DNA of 64,000 nucleotides, taken from Candidatus Zixiibacteriota bacterium (lineage in GTDB: Bacteria; RBG-13-66-14; B26-G2; WVWN01). This document shows, piece after piece, positions 48,091-57,364 of this stretch; position 1 is the first letter of the stretch; every line of letters begins with the position of its first letter. Where the stretch lies: assembly GCA_050117845.1 (NCBI GenBank), contig JASFLY010000012.1, positions 12,975 to 76,974 on the forward strand, written 5' to 3'. The position numbers and the translations under genes were made by a program. Under the pieces are notes generated by a model. The model had not been told where the DNA came from. It worked only from the letters and a program-made list of their open reading frames with translations, and searched no databases.

Positions 48091-49566
48091 TTACGGTGAA
48101 ACCGGATCGCCGTCGAGCACTTTTTCCTTACCGGCGCCGAGGCCCCGAGTTATTACGCGGAAGTAATCGCCCAGAGCCCGGCCGCGCAGTATACCCTTTA
48201 TCTTCTCGAAGACGAAACGCGGCGACATTAATCTCATTAGAATAAACCCGATACGTAACTTCCGCAACTCCCTTATCCCCAGGCCGGGTTGGAGTAATAT
48301 CGGGACGTTGTCCGGGTTGCGGAAGAGCTTGCGTTGCTCTTCGTTCAGGTACGGCGCGGACCAGCGGAAGCCTTCGGGCAAAAGGTCCTGGTCCCGGGCG
48401 TATTCCTCGACGTAGGTTCCCGGGTAGACCTTGACGCCGGCGTGGTAGCCGAAGAGGCGGACGTACTTGCGATTCCGCCGGATGAAGCGATTGGTCCGTT
48501 TCGCCTCGGCGTAGGTCTCGCCCGGGTGGCCGAGCGTGAAGAAGGCCTTGGTCAAAAGGCCGAGTTCGTCGCACCAACGGAGGACCCGCTCGGCCTGCTC
48601 CAGCGTTATCCGTTTGCGGACGCACTGGTCGAGGACGCGCTGCGAGCCGGCCTCGACGCCGACGTCGACGTAGTAGCAACCGGCGTCCCGCATCCGGGAG
48701 AGGAGGGCCTCGTCCACGGTGTCGACGCGGATCTCGCACTCCCACGGTACGTCGATGCCGCGGCGCCTCAGTTCGTCGCAGAATCCCTCGGCGTGCCGCC
48801 GGTTCAACGTGAACGTGCTGTCGAAGATTTTGATGCCGCGGGCGCCGTAGTTCGTAACCAGGTCCTCGACCTCGTCGCCGACCGCCGCGGGCGAACGGGC
48901 CCGGTAGCTCGAGCCGAACATAGCGGACGCCGAACAGAAGGTGCAGGCGATGGGGCACCCCCGGGCCGTCATGATGGAGGCCCCGGGGACGTCCTCCAGG
49001 TACTCCATATTCATATTGTACCGGCCGTAGGGCACGAGGTCCCGGGCGGGAGCGCCGAGGGCTTCGAGGTCGCGGCGGGGAGGCCGCGGCGGGTTGTGAA
49101 CGATGCGGCCTTCGTCGCGGTAGGAAATACCTTTTATGCGGGATAACTCGGCCGGCCGGCCGCCACCCTCCGCCCAGGCCGCGAGTTCGAGGCAGGACTC
49201 TTCCCCCTCGCCCCGGACGATTACGTCAATCGCCGGGACGTGCTCGAGGGTATCGTCGGCGGTGAAGGTGGCGTGGGGGCCGCCGTAGACGACGACGGCC
49301 TCGGCGGAACGCTCCTTTACGCGGGAAGCTAAATCGAAAGAGAGAAAGCGGCTGTGGCTGGTGCCGCCTATCAGGACCAGAGAAGGCTGGATTTCCCCCG
49401 ACAACGCCACGGGGTCGCGCCCGTCCACCTGTTGGTCGACGAAGGTGACGGCGTGGCCCGCGCGGCGCAACTCGCCGCCCAGCCACAACATGCCGAGCGG
49501 CGGCATCTTCTCGAAGTATTCAAGATCGGGGTCGGCCGGGTATACGGCCAGGATGGATGCCCCCAA
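48091..49566 (-). CDS. B12-binding radical SAM protein
   Basis: PPLG, YGGPHA, RGEGE, RGCPIACTFC, DSTF, GVEAG, GHPGET; TTG start after GGAGG inferred. Confidence 0.88.
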   Translation of the reverse strand: MGASILAVYPADPDLEYFEKMPPLGMLWLGGELRRAGHAVTFVDQQVDGRDPVALSGEIQPSLVLIGGTSHSRFLSFDLASRVKERSAEAVVVYGGPHATFTADDTLEHVPAIDVIVRGEGEESCLELAAWAEGGGRPAELSRIKGISYRDEGRIVHNPPRPPRRDLEALGAPARDLVPYGRYNMNMEYLEDVPGASIMTARGCPIACTFCSASAMFGSSYRARSPAAVGDEVEDLVTNYGARGIKIFDSTFTLNRRHAEGFCDELRRRGIDVPWECEIRVDTVDEALLSRMRDAGCYYVDVGVEAGSQRVLDQCVRKRITLEQAERVLRWCDELGLLTKAFFTLGHPGETYAEAKRTNRFIRRNRKYVRLFGYHAGVKVYPGTYVEEYARDQDLLPEGFRWSAPYLNEEQRKLFRNPDNVPILLQPGLGIRELRKLRIGFILMRLMSPRFVFEKIKGILRGRALGDYFRVITRGLGAGKEKVLDGDPVSP

Positions 49567-49597
49567 AACTTCCTCCCGGGTCAACCTCTCACCTAGT

Positions 49598-51100
49598 TTA
49601 TTCGTACCGGCCGGAAGCCGCCCCCAACCGCACGTCGTGGACGCGGTCCTCCTTATGCTTGACGCGAAAGCCCAGGCCCCGCAGGAACCCTCGCCACAAC
49701 CTTCCCACCTCGCCGACGCGTACCGCACGTATAGCCTTCGTCAGAATGTAGCGCGGCGTCAGGAAGTATCCCCAGAGGAAGCGCTTGCGCAGGCGCCGGA
49801 GTTCGTCGACGCCCATCTGCGGCTGGAGCAGCAGCGGCACGTTGTCGCGTAATTTAAACAACTTCTCGTTGTCGTCGTTCTCGTACGGTGCGGCCCAGTC
49901 GAAGCCCTCGGGCATCAAGCCGTGCTGCCGGGCGTACGCCTCCACGCGCGTCCCGGGGTAAATGCGCACTCCCGGGTTGTAGCCGCGGAAGGTCATCAGG
50001 TGGCCGTACTTGCGGGCGAACCTGTTGGTCTTCACGGCCTGCTCGAAGGTCTCGCCCGGGTGCCCCAGGCTGAACGAGACCTTGGTGTAGAGGCCCAGTT
50101 CCTTCGCCCAGTGCATCACCCGAACCGCTTTCTCGAGCGTGATCCGCTTGCTGATATACTCCAGGACGTCCTCGTCCGCCGACTCCACGCCGAAGCAGAT
50201 AATGTAGCAGCCGGCCTCCCGCATCTTCGCGAGCAGGGCCTTGTCGACGGTGTCCACGCGGACCTGGCATTGCCACGGCACCTCTATGCCGCGGCGCATG
50301 AGTTCGTCGCAGAAGTCCTCGACGTGGGAGCGACGCAGCGAGAAGGTCGAGTCGAAAATGACGAGGCCCTCGACGCCGTAGCGGTCCATCACCTGCTCGA
50401 CCTCGTCCACGATGCTCGCGGCGCCGCGGGTATAGTAGCGCTTGCCGAAAAAGAAAGACTCCGAACAGAATGCGCAACAGATCGGACAGCCCCGGGAGGT
50501 CATGAGGATGGTGCCGGGGATGCCCAGCATGTCCATGACCAGACGGTATCGCTCCATGGGGAGGAGGTGCCGCGCCGGCAGGGGGATGGAGTCGAGGTCG
50601 GCCAGGCGCTCGCGGGCGGGCGTCGCGACGGCGCGTCCCTCCTCGTCGCGGTACGTTATGCCGTGGATTTTCGAGAGGTCCTCGGGCCGGCCGGCCCCCC
50701 GGACCTTCCAGGTCGCGAGCTCGAGGGAGGTGTATTCGCCCTCGCCGTGGGCCACGAGGTCTATATCGCCGATGCGGGCCAGCGTCTCGGGCGCGGTGAA
50801 GGAGGCGTGCGGCCCGCCGTAGATAACGCTAATCGACGGGTCGAACTCCTTGAGCCGTCGGGCGTACTCGAAGGCGCGGAAACGGCCGTGGGAGGTCCCG
50901 CCGATGAGCGCCACCTTGGGCCGGGCATCGGCGACGAAGTCGCCGAAATCCTCGGTCTCCACCTGTTCGTCGTAGAGCGCCACCGAGTAGCCCTCGCGCT
51001 CGAGCACGGCGGCGATCCAGGCGAGGCCCAGCGGGGGGGTCCGGTCGGGGATGCCGAGATCCCCGCCGTAGGGATGGATGCCTATTACGTCCGCGGCCAT
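49598..51100 (-). CDS. B12-binding radical SAM protein (paralog)
   Basis: PPLGLAWI, YGGPHA, GEGE, SRGCPICCAFC, DSTF, GVES, GHPGET. Confidence 0.9.
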   Translation of the reverse strand: MAADVIGIHPYGGDLGIPDRTPPLGLAWIAAVLEREGYSVALYDEQVETEDFGDFVADARPKVALIGGTSHGRFRAFEYARRLKEFDPSISVIYGGPHASFTAPETLARIGDIDLVAHGEGEYTSLELATWKVRGAGRPEDLSKIHGITYRDEEGRAVATPARERLADLDSIPLPARHLLPMERYRLVMDMLGIPGTILMTSRGCPICCAFCSESFFFGKRYYTRGAASIVDEVEQVMDRYGVEGLVIFDSTFSLRRSHVEDFCDELMRRGIEVPWQCQVRVDTVDKALLAKMREAGCYIICFGVESADEDVLEYISKRITLEKAVRVMHWAKELGLYTKVSFSLGHPGETFEQAVKTNRFARKYGHLMTFRGYNPGVRIYPGTRVEAYARQHGLMPEGFDWAAPYENDDNEKLFKLRDNVPLLLQPQMGVDELRRLRKRFLWGYFLTPRYILTKAIRAVRVGEVGRLWRGFLRGLGFRVKHKEDRVHDVRLGAASGRYE

Positions 51101-51108
51101 ATCGGTTC

Positions 51109-51141
51109 ATTATAACAAAAAAACGCCCCCGGGTGGGGCGT
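51109..51141 (-). promoter_or_regulatory. Extended -10 promoter overlapping a terminator-like hairpin
   Basis: cgcccc-hairpin-T7 then TGTTATAAT 8 bp before ATG 51100. Confidence 0.55.
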
Positions 51142-51155
51142 GGGCCGACAGTATC

Positions 51156-51483
51156 GTGGGCCGGGCATTCCCGCCTGGCTACGGAAACGTAGGGCCGGGT
51201 CTTAAGACCCGGCCTCCTGATTCGCTTATTAATAAGAGATTTTCCGTGGGCCGACCTGAAGGTCGACCCCTACCGTTGTGTTCGCCGTCCGCCGACAGGA
51301 ATGTCGGTGCCACCCAATGTCGGCCTCGGCTCCAGGGTGCCGTCAGGTGTTACCACCTGACGGCGCGGGGAATAGAGGAACGCGTCGGATGGTAACTTCT
51401 GGTGGGCCAGGCATTCCTGCCTGGCGGTCAATCGCCGACAGGAGTGTCGGCGCCACAACCGCCGGTTGAAACCGGCGGCTTAC
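51156..51483. repeat. Mosaic REP/REPIN cluster 1
   Basis: GTAG-type pair 51189-51273, GTGG-type units 51156, 51289, 51402-51456, GCCGTCAGGTG-TTAC-CACCTGACGGC 51339-51364, CCGCCGGTTGAAACCGGCGG 51459. Confidence 0.85.
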
Positions 51484-51501
51484 GCCCCCCCGGTTTACCA
51501 T

Positions 51502-52200
51502 TTATCCTCGCAGCTCCATGCCGGCGCCGTTGAGTTCCACGTACGCCTCGCCGGCGCAGGGAATGCAGTACATTATACCGTCGGCCTCGACGGCGCGGTT
51601 CCGCGCCACGTTCTCGCCGCAGCGGCCGCACTTAACTTTATCCAAAACGGGGACGGTCGACGGCACGTCTATCGTACCGCGCGTAACGCGGAAGGCGTGT
51701 TCTACCGGGGCGCCGAGTTCCCTCAAACTCATATCGCACAGGAGTCGAAGCATACGGCTGCGTTCCTCGGCCGTCCCGGCCTCGCGCCTCGCGACCAGGC
51801 GGTCGAACAAGTCGGACGCCTCCGGGAACTCCTCCGCGCGCGAATCCTCGAACTCCGGCGCCAGCGCGTAGCGGACGGCCCGGCCGTCCCGCGTACAGAA
51901 CGTGACGGCGGTCTTCCCGTAATCCCGATATATAAGGGAGTTATTGCCGAGGGTACAACCCGATACGTACTGCACGCCGTCGGCGAAGCAGTTGTTCGTC
52001 TCCACGACGGCCACGAGTTCCTCCGTCCCGGTATGAGCCACCCCCAGCTCCTTCACACCGGCGCTCGCGGCCATGACGCCGTAGGCCAGGTAATTGCAAT
52101 AGTGGCCGTGGAGTTCCCCCGCCCAGGCGAGGAGAGCGTGGAGATCGTCCACGGCGATAAGGGCCTCCGTCTCCCGGCGGTACGGGTTCCCCAACTCCAT
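51502..52200 (-). CDS. FmdE family protein with C-terminal Zn finger
   Basis: HGHYC, ETNNCFADGVQ..SGCTLGN, DYGKTA, C..CGE...C..C; start at MELGNP by comparison with paralog. Confidence 0.85.
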   Translation of the reverse strand: MELGNPYRRETEALIAVDDLHALLAWAGELHGHYCNYLAYGVMAASAGVKELGVAHTGTEELVAVVETNNCFADGVQYVSGCTLGNNSLIYRDYGKTAVTFCTRDGRAVRYALAPEFEDSRAEEFPEASDLFDRLVARREAGTAEERSRMLRLLCDMSLRELGAPVEHAFRVTRGTIDVPSTVPVLDKVKCGRCGENVARNRAVEADGIMYCIPCAGEAYVELNGAGMELRG

Positions 52201-52548
52201 CTCTCTACTCCCGTACGTCGACACGCGATTCGCCATGATGTTACACCACCCTGCCGGCCGCGCCGACGCCTACGAGTCTGCACGGTCAAGGCCGTAACGC
52301 ACTACCATACTGTTTTGGTGGGGAGAAGCGGCGAGTACGTACCTGGGTCTTCCCCACCTCCCGTATACTTATCAGGCGGGCCGACCGGCGCGCGCGCCGA
52401 GGGCGCCGCCGAACCGACTATTCGTGGGTATTATAACATAAAAGCCTACGTCGCCAAGGGCTCAACTGCGACCACGGGGCCCGGACGGGGCCGGCCGCCC
52501 CCCTCCCGCGCGCATCCCGCGAAACGATTATTTAAACGTTAGGGCGCC

Positions 52549-53229
52549 CTACGCCGGAACGGCTATTCGCGCCTCGACCACGCGCTCCACGCGCAGGCCG
52601 GCGGCGACGAAAACGCCCTCGACCGTATAGACGCCCTCCCCCAACATCCCCACGGGATAGTGGACGACCTCCCGGGCGAAGTCGCGGAAATCGCCGCCGC
52701 GCACCGTTACCAGCGTCTCTATCTGGGCGAACGGCCGACCATCGCTCCACCGCCATATTTCTTTGCGGCCCCGGCCGTTGCCCTCGTAAATAACGAAGTC
52801 GTAAACTTGCGTGGTTGGACACGTGCCCTTCCAGATACTCCTGAAAGGCCATCGGACGCGCAACGTCATAGCGAGTTGCTCGAGAGTCGGCCCCCCGGAC
52901 TTCGCCGCTTCGGCCGGGTGATTCCATACGACGTTGTTTCGGATCCCCTCGAGCGTAAGGGCGAGTTCCAGCCCCTCTTCCGGTTTTCCCGGGTCACCCT
53001 CGTAATCCCCCACTTTTTCGTAGATTATGCCTTCGTCGTCGTAATCCCCGCTAATCGTAACCTTCGTCCCCAAGCGCTCGTGCAGTTCGGCCTCGTTTTC
53101 CCAGGGGTATACCCTTTTTACGATCGGTACTTCGGCGTAGTCCCACATCTGCAGGAAATACGCCGGCCCCTCCGACTTGGTACCGATGCCCGTGAGGCGC
53201 GCACCCAGATACCCGCTGAAACCCAGCAT
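52549..53229 (-). CDS. Protein with C-terminal BsuPI (intracellular proteinase inhibitor)-like domain
   Basis: TQ.YDF.I......EIWRWSDG..FAQ motif; SD GGAGG. Confidence 0.65.
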   Translation of the reverse strand: MLGFSGYLGARLTGIGTKSEGPAYFLQMWDYAEVPIVKRVYPWENEAELHERLGTKVTISGDYDDEGIIYEKVGDYEGDPGKPEEGLELALTLEGIRNNVVWNHPAEAAKSGGPTLEQLAMTLRVRWPFRSIWKGTCPTTQVYDFVIYEGNGRGRKEIWRWSDGRPFAQIETLVTVRGGDFRDFAREVVHYPVGMLGEGVYTVEGVFVAAGLRVERVVEARIAVPA

Positions 53230-53262
53230 CTCTCGACCTCCGTTCGTCCTAAGTTAATGCCG

Positions 53263-54954
53263 TTATTTACTAACATGTGAACCGCCGGGCGGCCGGGGCC
53301 GCATCAACCAGACCCCCTCGGTCCCGCGCTCGGCGGAATACACGACGTCCATTCGAAGCCCCGTATCGGCGACGTACCCCAACTCCCCCCGGTTCATAAT
53401 GAAGATTAATACGTTCGGCGCCGCCGGGTTCCGCCGGAACCACGCGAAGTCCCGTACGCGGACGTTCTCCTTCCCGGCTACGCGAAGGAACCGCCCGAGT
53501 TCGTCGCCCGTCATCGTCTTCTGCCGATGGGCCTTGGGGCCGTCGGCCAGCGGCAAGATGTCGCGGTGGTAATCGAGGCCCATGTCCTCGTATTCGACGA
53601 CGACGAGGTCGAGATCCTCCCCTCCGGCGTCCCGGATGAGGTATTCGGCCGCCCCACGGAAGTTCCGCCGCGTGTCTGACACCACTCGCAGGACTTCGAG
53701 TTTTCCGGCGATAAGCGGCCCGCAGAAAATCCCCGCCCCGACCAAAACGCCGAGGGCCAGAGCCGCCGCGGCCGCGCGGCGGGGCCAGGACCGCATCCAC
53801 CGCCGCCAGGCCGCCGCGTCCACCCACTCCGAAAACGCCACGCCCATCACGAGGGCCGCGCCGAACGACGCCTCCCATAAGTAAGTCCGAACGGTGAACG
53901 AAATCGTCGTCAAGCCCAGGATCGGAACGGCGAACCAGACAACGCCCGGCGTCGCCCGGTCCCTGCAAAGTAGCAACGGCACGAAGGCCGCGAATAGGAC
54001 CAGCAAGGCAACGGCCGGTATGGGCCGCAAAGCGAGCGCGAGCGCCGCCCCGCCTACCAGGGGCAGAGCGGACTTCCACGCATCGTCGAGGCGCGACAGC
54101 GGCGGCAACCTTCGCAAAACAAGATAGAAGGTCGCGACCCATAACAATACGCCGAACTGGCCGTAGAGGTAGGCCGCGTAGAAACGCCACCGGGCCGCAG
54201 CGTAGGGGTAAAAAGATTCCGCCCCCCCGGCCCCGGCCCACAACTGGCGGCCGTGTAAATAAGGGTTGAGGACCACCCATAAGACGCCGACGCCGAGCAT
54301 CACGCCGGCGACGACCGCCGCGCGGCGGAAACTCGCCGTGGTCGGCCGGTGCCAACGCGTTAACAGTAACGCGCTCAGGACCAGCGGCCCGATGATCACG
54401 CTGGGCTCCTTGGTCAAAACCGCCCCCGCCCAGGCTATGGCGCCGAACGCCAAATAGCGCACCTTCCCCGCCGCCCCGCGAAAAAGCCAAAGCAACGCGA
54501 GATTGAGAAGGAAGGTTTCGAGCGCGAAGGTGAGATCGGAGAACCAGAATACGACGGAGCAAAGGTAATAAAAAGCGCACCCGTACGCCAGAAGCGACGC
54601 CACGGCCACGCGGCGCGAAAACGCGGCCTCCACGAGCCGGTAGAAAATAACGAAGGAGAAAGTGAAAAGCAGAGAGAGTACGAGGTGGTACGGAAGCGGG
54701 TTCAACCCGAAGAGGCGGTACATCCCCCACCACGCCAGGTTTACGGCGGGCCGGATCGTGCTGAAGATTTCCGCCCGGGCCGGGTCGAACGCCGCCAGCG
54801 GCGAATCGTGCTCCGCGGCCCACTCCAAAAAATAGGCGTCGTCGGCCCGAAAATAAACCGGATACCGCCAAACCAATAAAGCGGACAAAGCCAAGGCCGC
54901 GACGCACAGCGCGAGCGTCGCGCGGCCCCCCCGCTTCTTATCGTCCGGCATCAA
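53263..54954 (-). CDS. Polytopic membrane protein, GT-C/ArnT-PMT-like glycosyltransferase
   Basis: DD after TM1, RP, FGLNP..YH, L.KE motif, 10+ TM segments, soluble C-tail. Confidence 0.65.
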   Translation of the reverse strand: MMPDDKKRGGRATLALCVAALALSALLVWRYPVYFRADDAYFLEWAAEHDSPLAAFDPARAEIFSTIRPAVNLAWWGMYRLFGLNPLPYHLVLSLLFTFSFVIFYRLVEAAFSRRVAVASLLAYGCAFYYLCSVVFWFSDLTFALETFLLNLALLWLFRGAAGKVRYLAFGAIAWAGAVLTKEPSVIIGPLVLSALLLTRWHRPTTASFRRAAVVAGVMLGVGVLWVVLNPYLHGRQLWAGAGGAESFYPYAAARWRFYAAYLYGQFGVLLWVATFYLVLRRLPPLSRLDDAWKSALPLVGGAALALALRPIPAVALLVLFAAFVPLLLCRDRATPGVVWFAVPILGLTTISFTVRTYLWEASFGAALVMGVAFSEWVDAAAWRRWMRSWPRRAAAAALALGVLVGAGIFCGPLIAGKLEVLRVVSDTRRNFRGAAEYLIRDAGGEDLDLVVVEYEDMGLDYHRDILPLADGPKAHRQKTMTGDELGRFLRVAGKENVRVRDFAWFRRNPAAPNVLIFIMNRGELGYVADTGLRMDVVYSAERGTEGVWLMRPRPPGGSHVSK

Positions 54955-55165
54955 CCCCCGGCCTCCCTCATAGCCCTACGGCCTCCCGGAGCCTAGCGTA
55001 GTCCCGGCGTTCAGCTGCCCCATGGGTCCCGATTCCTCCCTTGTATAGTTTAATTAGGTTGCCGTCGTTATTTTATACGCGACTTATATTTACCACACGC
55101 GGCCAACATGTACCATATCACTACGACGATAATTTTACAACGTTATTATACGAGTATTTTTACAT

Positions 55166-55716
55166 GTAGGGCCTGACCTTTAGGTTGGCCACCTGAATTC
55201 ACTTACCTTCCGCCGCCGATTGAAATCGGCGGTTAGAGTTGCACGGGTTAAGCACCGGCCGCTAAAGCGGCCGGTATAAACACAGCGGTACGACCTAAAG
55301 GTCGGCCCCTACGATTGTGTTTGCCGCTAGTAGTGGGTCGGGTATTCCCGCCCGGCAACTTAACGCCGAAATAAACTTCGGCGCCGCCTCTGTTCGGCGC
55401 CGTCAGGTGTTACCACCTGACGGCCGTGGTTCGCCGGCATACCCCGCCCTTCCGCCGCCGATTGAAATCGGCGGTTAGAGTTGCACGGGTTAGGCACCGG
55501 CCGCTGAAGCGGCCGGTATGATATAAAATACCAAAAGGGCCACCGGCATAGCTTTTTGTACGTAGGGCCTGACCTTTAGGTCTGGCCACCTGAATTCACT
55601 TAGTTAATAAGAGATTTTCCGTGGGCCGACCTGAAGGTCGGCCCCTACATATAAGCCGAAGCGGCGGAGTTCAAACCCCGCCGCTTCGACGTCGTTATGG
55701 TAATCGTCGGCGCCGC
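55166..55716. repeat. Mosaic REP/REPIN cluster 2
   Basis: GTAG pairs 55166-55312 (interrupted) and 55562-55648, double-hairpin units 55206-55280 and 55448-55519, hairpin 55399-55424, unit 55655-55716. Confidence 0.85.
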
Positions 55717-55720
55717 GTCG

Positions 55721-56419
55721 TTAGTTCCGCTGGGTAATACCACCGCCGTTGACTTCTCCGTACTCACCCTCAGCGCAGGGGACGCAGTAGAAGACGCCGC
55801 CTTGCTCCAAGGCCCGGCTCTTCATGACGTTCTCGCCGCACTTCTCACATTTTACGGAATCGAAGATAGGGGCGTACGACGGCACGTCGATCCGGCCTTC
55901 AGTGATGCGGAACATCGACTCGGCCGCGATGTCGAGGTCCTCCACCGTCATATCGGCGAAGAGCTGCATCATTCGCTCGTAGTCCCCGGGCTCCCCGGCT
56001 TCGCGGCGGGCGACCAACCGGTCGAAAAGGCCGTAGCCCTCGGGGTACTCCTCGGGCCGGGAATCCTCGAACTCGGGCGCGAGGACGTATCGCACGGCCC
56101 GCCCCTCACGGTTGCAAAAGGTGACGGCGGTCTTGCCGTAGTCCCGGTATATCAGCGCGTTGTTGCCGAACGAACACCCGCTAACGAACTGCACGCCGTC
56201 GGCGAAGCAGTTGTTGGTCTCGATGATGGCGACGAGTTCCTCCATGCCGGTGTTGACGACGTCGAACCGCTTTAAGGCGTCCAGCGCGGCGATGACGCCG
56301 TAGCCGAGGTAGTTGCAGTAGTGGCCGTGCAGTTCGCCGGCCCGAGCGAGCAACTCGGCGCGGTTCTCTTCGGCTATCAGCTTCTCGACCTCTTTCCGAT
56401 ACGGGTTTCCACCTGCCAT
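55721..56419 (-). CDS. FmdE family protein (paralog of 51502-52200, same length)
   Basis: HGHYC, ETNNCFADGVQ, DYGKTA, CEKCGE...CVPC; GGAGG SD. Confidence 0.85.
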   Translation of the reverse strand: MAGGNPYRKEVEKLIAEENRAELLARAGELHGHYCNYLGYGVIAALDALKRFDVVNTGMEELVAIIETNNCFADGVQFVSGCSFGNNALIYRDYGKTAVTFCNREGRAVRYVLAPEFEDSRPEEYPEGYGLFDRLVARREAGEPGDYERMMQLFADMTVEDLDIAAESMFRITEGRIDVPSYAPIFDSVKCEKCGENVMKSRALEQGGVFYCVPCAEGEYGEVNGGGITQRN

Positions 56420-56538
56420 AATCATCCTCCGGTTTAGTAACACGTTTTCTGCTACCATAACACACGCCCTCCCCGCTTCCAATAAAAAACGGGCCCCGAG
56501 GGCCCGGCCGTAAAACATATTCGCGGCAGGGACGTCGA

Positions 56539-56781
56539 CGCCGCCTCCGTCCGGTGCCGTCAGGTGTTACCACCTGACGGCCGTGTTTCGCCGGGATATC
56601 CCGCCTTCCCGCCGCCGATTGAAATCGGCGGTTAGAGTCGCACGGGTTAGGCACCGGCCGCTTCAGCGGCCGGTATAAATATCACGGGCCGACCTGAAAG
56701 GCGGGCCCGGTTTCTAATACGCCGAAGCGGCGGGGTGCAATCCCGCCGCTACGATATCGCTATGGTAATCGTCAGCGCCGC
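56539..56781. repeat. Mosaic REP cluster 3
   Basis: 56539-56676 is a ~138-bp direct repeat of 55382-55519; 56721-56781 repeats 55655-55716. Confidence 0.85.
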
Positions 56782-56788
56782 CAGCCGG

Positions 56789-57247
56789 TTACCCCGTATC
56801 CATATCCGTAGCCAGCATGTCGCTGAAGAAGAAGGCCCAGGCGACGACGTACGCCTCGACGCTTTTGAAGGGCAAGTTGTCGGCGTCGTAGTAGCCGAGC
56901 GTCCGGTAGCTCGAGAGTTTAATGGCGCCCTCCTCGACGTAGCCCAGCGTGCGGTAGGAGGAGTCCTTCATCGTCCCGCCGTCATAGTAGCCGAGGGTCC
57001 GGTAGGAGCCGTCCTTGACGGTCTCGCCGTCGAAGTAGCCGAGGGTGCGGTAGGACGAGTCCTTTATAGTTTGCGAGTCGGAGTCGATGTAGCCCAGCGT
57101 CCGGTAGGAGCTGTCTTTCACGGTCCCGTCGTCGTCGATGTAAGCCAGCGTGCGGTAACTGGAGTCCTTGATCGTTATCGTGCCGGAGGCAAGGGCGCAG
57201 CCGCCGGCCAGGGCCAGCGCCGCCAACGTCATCGTGAAGTATCGCAT
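56789..57247 (-). CDS. Secreted repeat protein, beta-flower-like
   Basis: Six ~16-aa T(I/V)KDSSYRTLGY repeats plus hydrophobic C-terminal helix; AGGAGG SD and TGCTATAAT. Confidence 0.75.
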   Translation of the reverse strand: MRYFTMTLAALALAGGCALASGTITIKDSSYRTLAYIDDDGTVKDSSYRTLGYIDSDSQTIKDSSYRTLGYFDGETVKDGSYRTLGYYDGGTMKDSSYRTLGYVEEGAIKLSSYRTLGYYDADNLPFKSVEAYVVAWAFFFSDMLATDMDTG

Positions 57248-57364
57248 ATCATCCTCCTGTCGGCCCATTATAGCACGGAAGCCGCCGCGTTAAAAGCACA
57301 GGCCGGGCGCGAGCCCGGCCCGTGGATATTCCTTAAAATAAATACTCGTGCGCGGGTACGCCGC

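Noticed and set aside
52201-52308. Upstream ATG with in-frame TAG before fmdE1 as a second readthrough case
   Set aside because: Paralog comparison places the start at 52200; upstream peptide has no support
51156-56781. Palindromic repeats as integron attC sites or CRISPR
   Set aside because: GTTAGGC/GCCTAAC boxes occur but lack a complementary partner and end-to-end attC fold in the gene orientation; irregular spacing; no integrase; genes have their own promoters
56880-57180. Regularly spaced DNA repeats resembling a CRISPR array
   Set aside because: In-frame coding repeats with synonymous variation; no unique spacers, no cas genes
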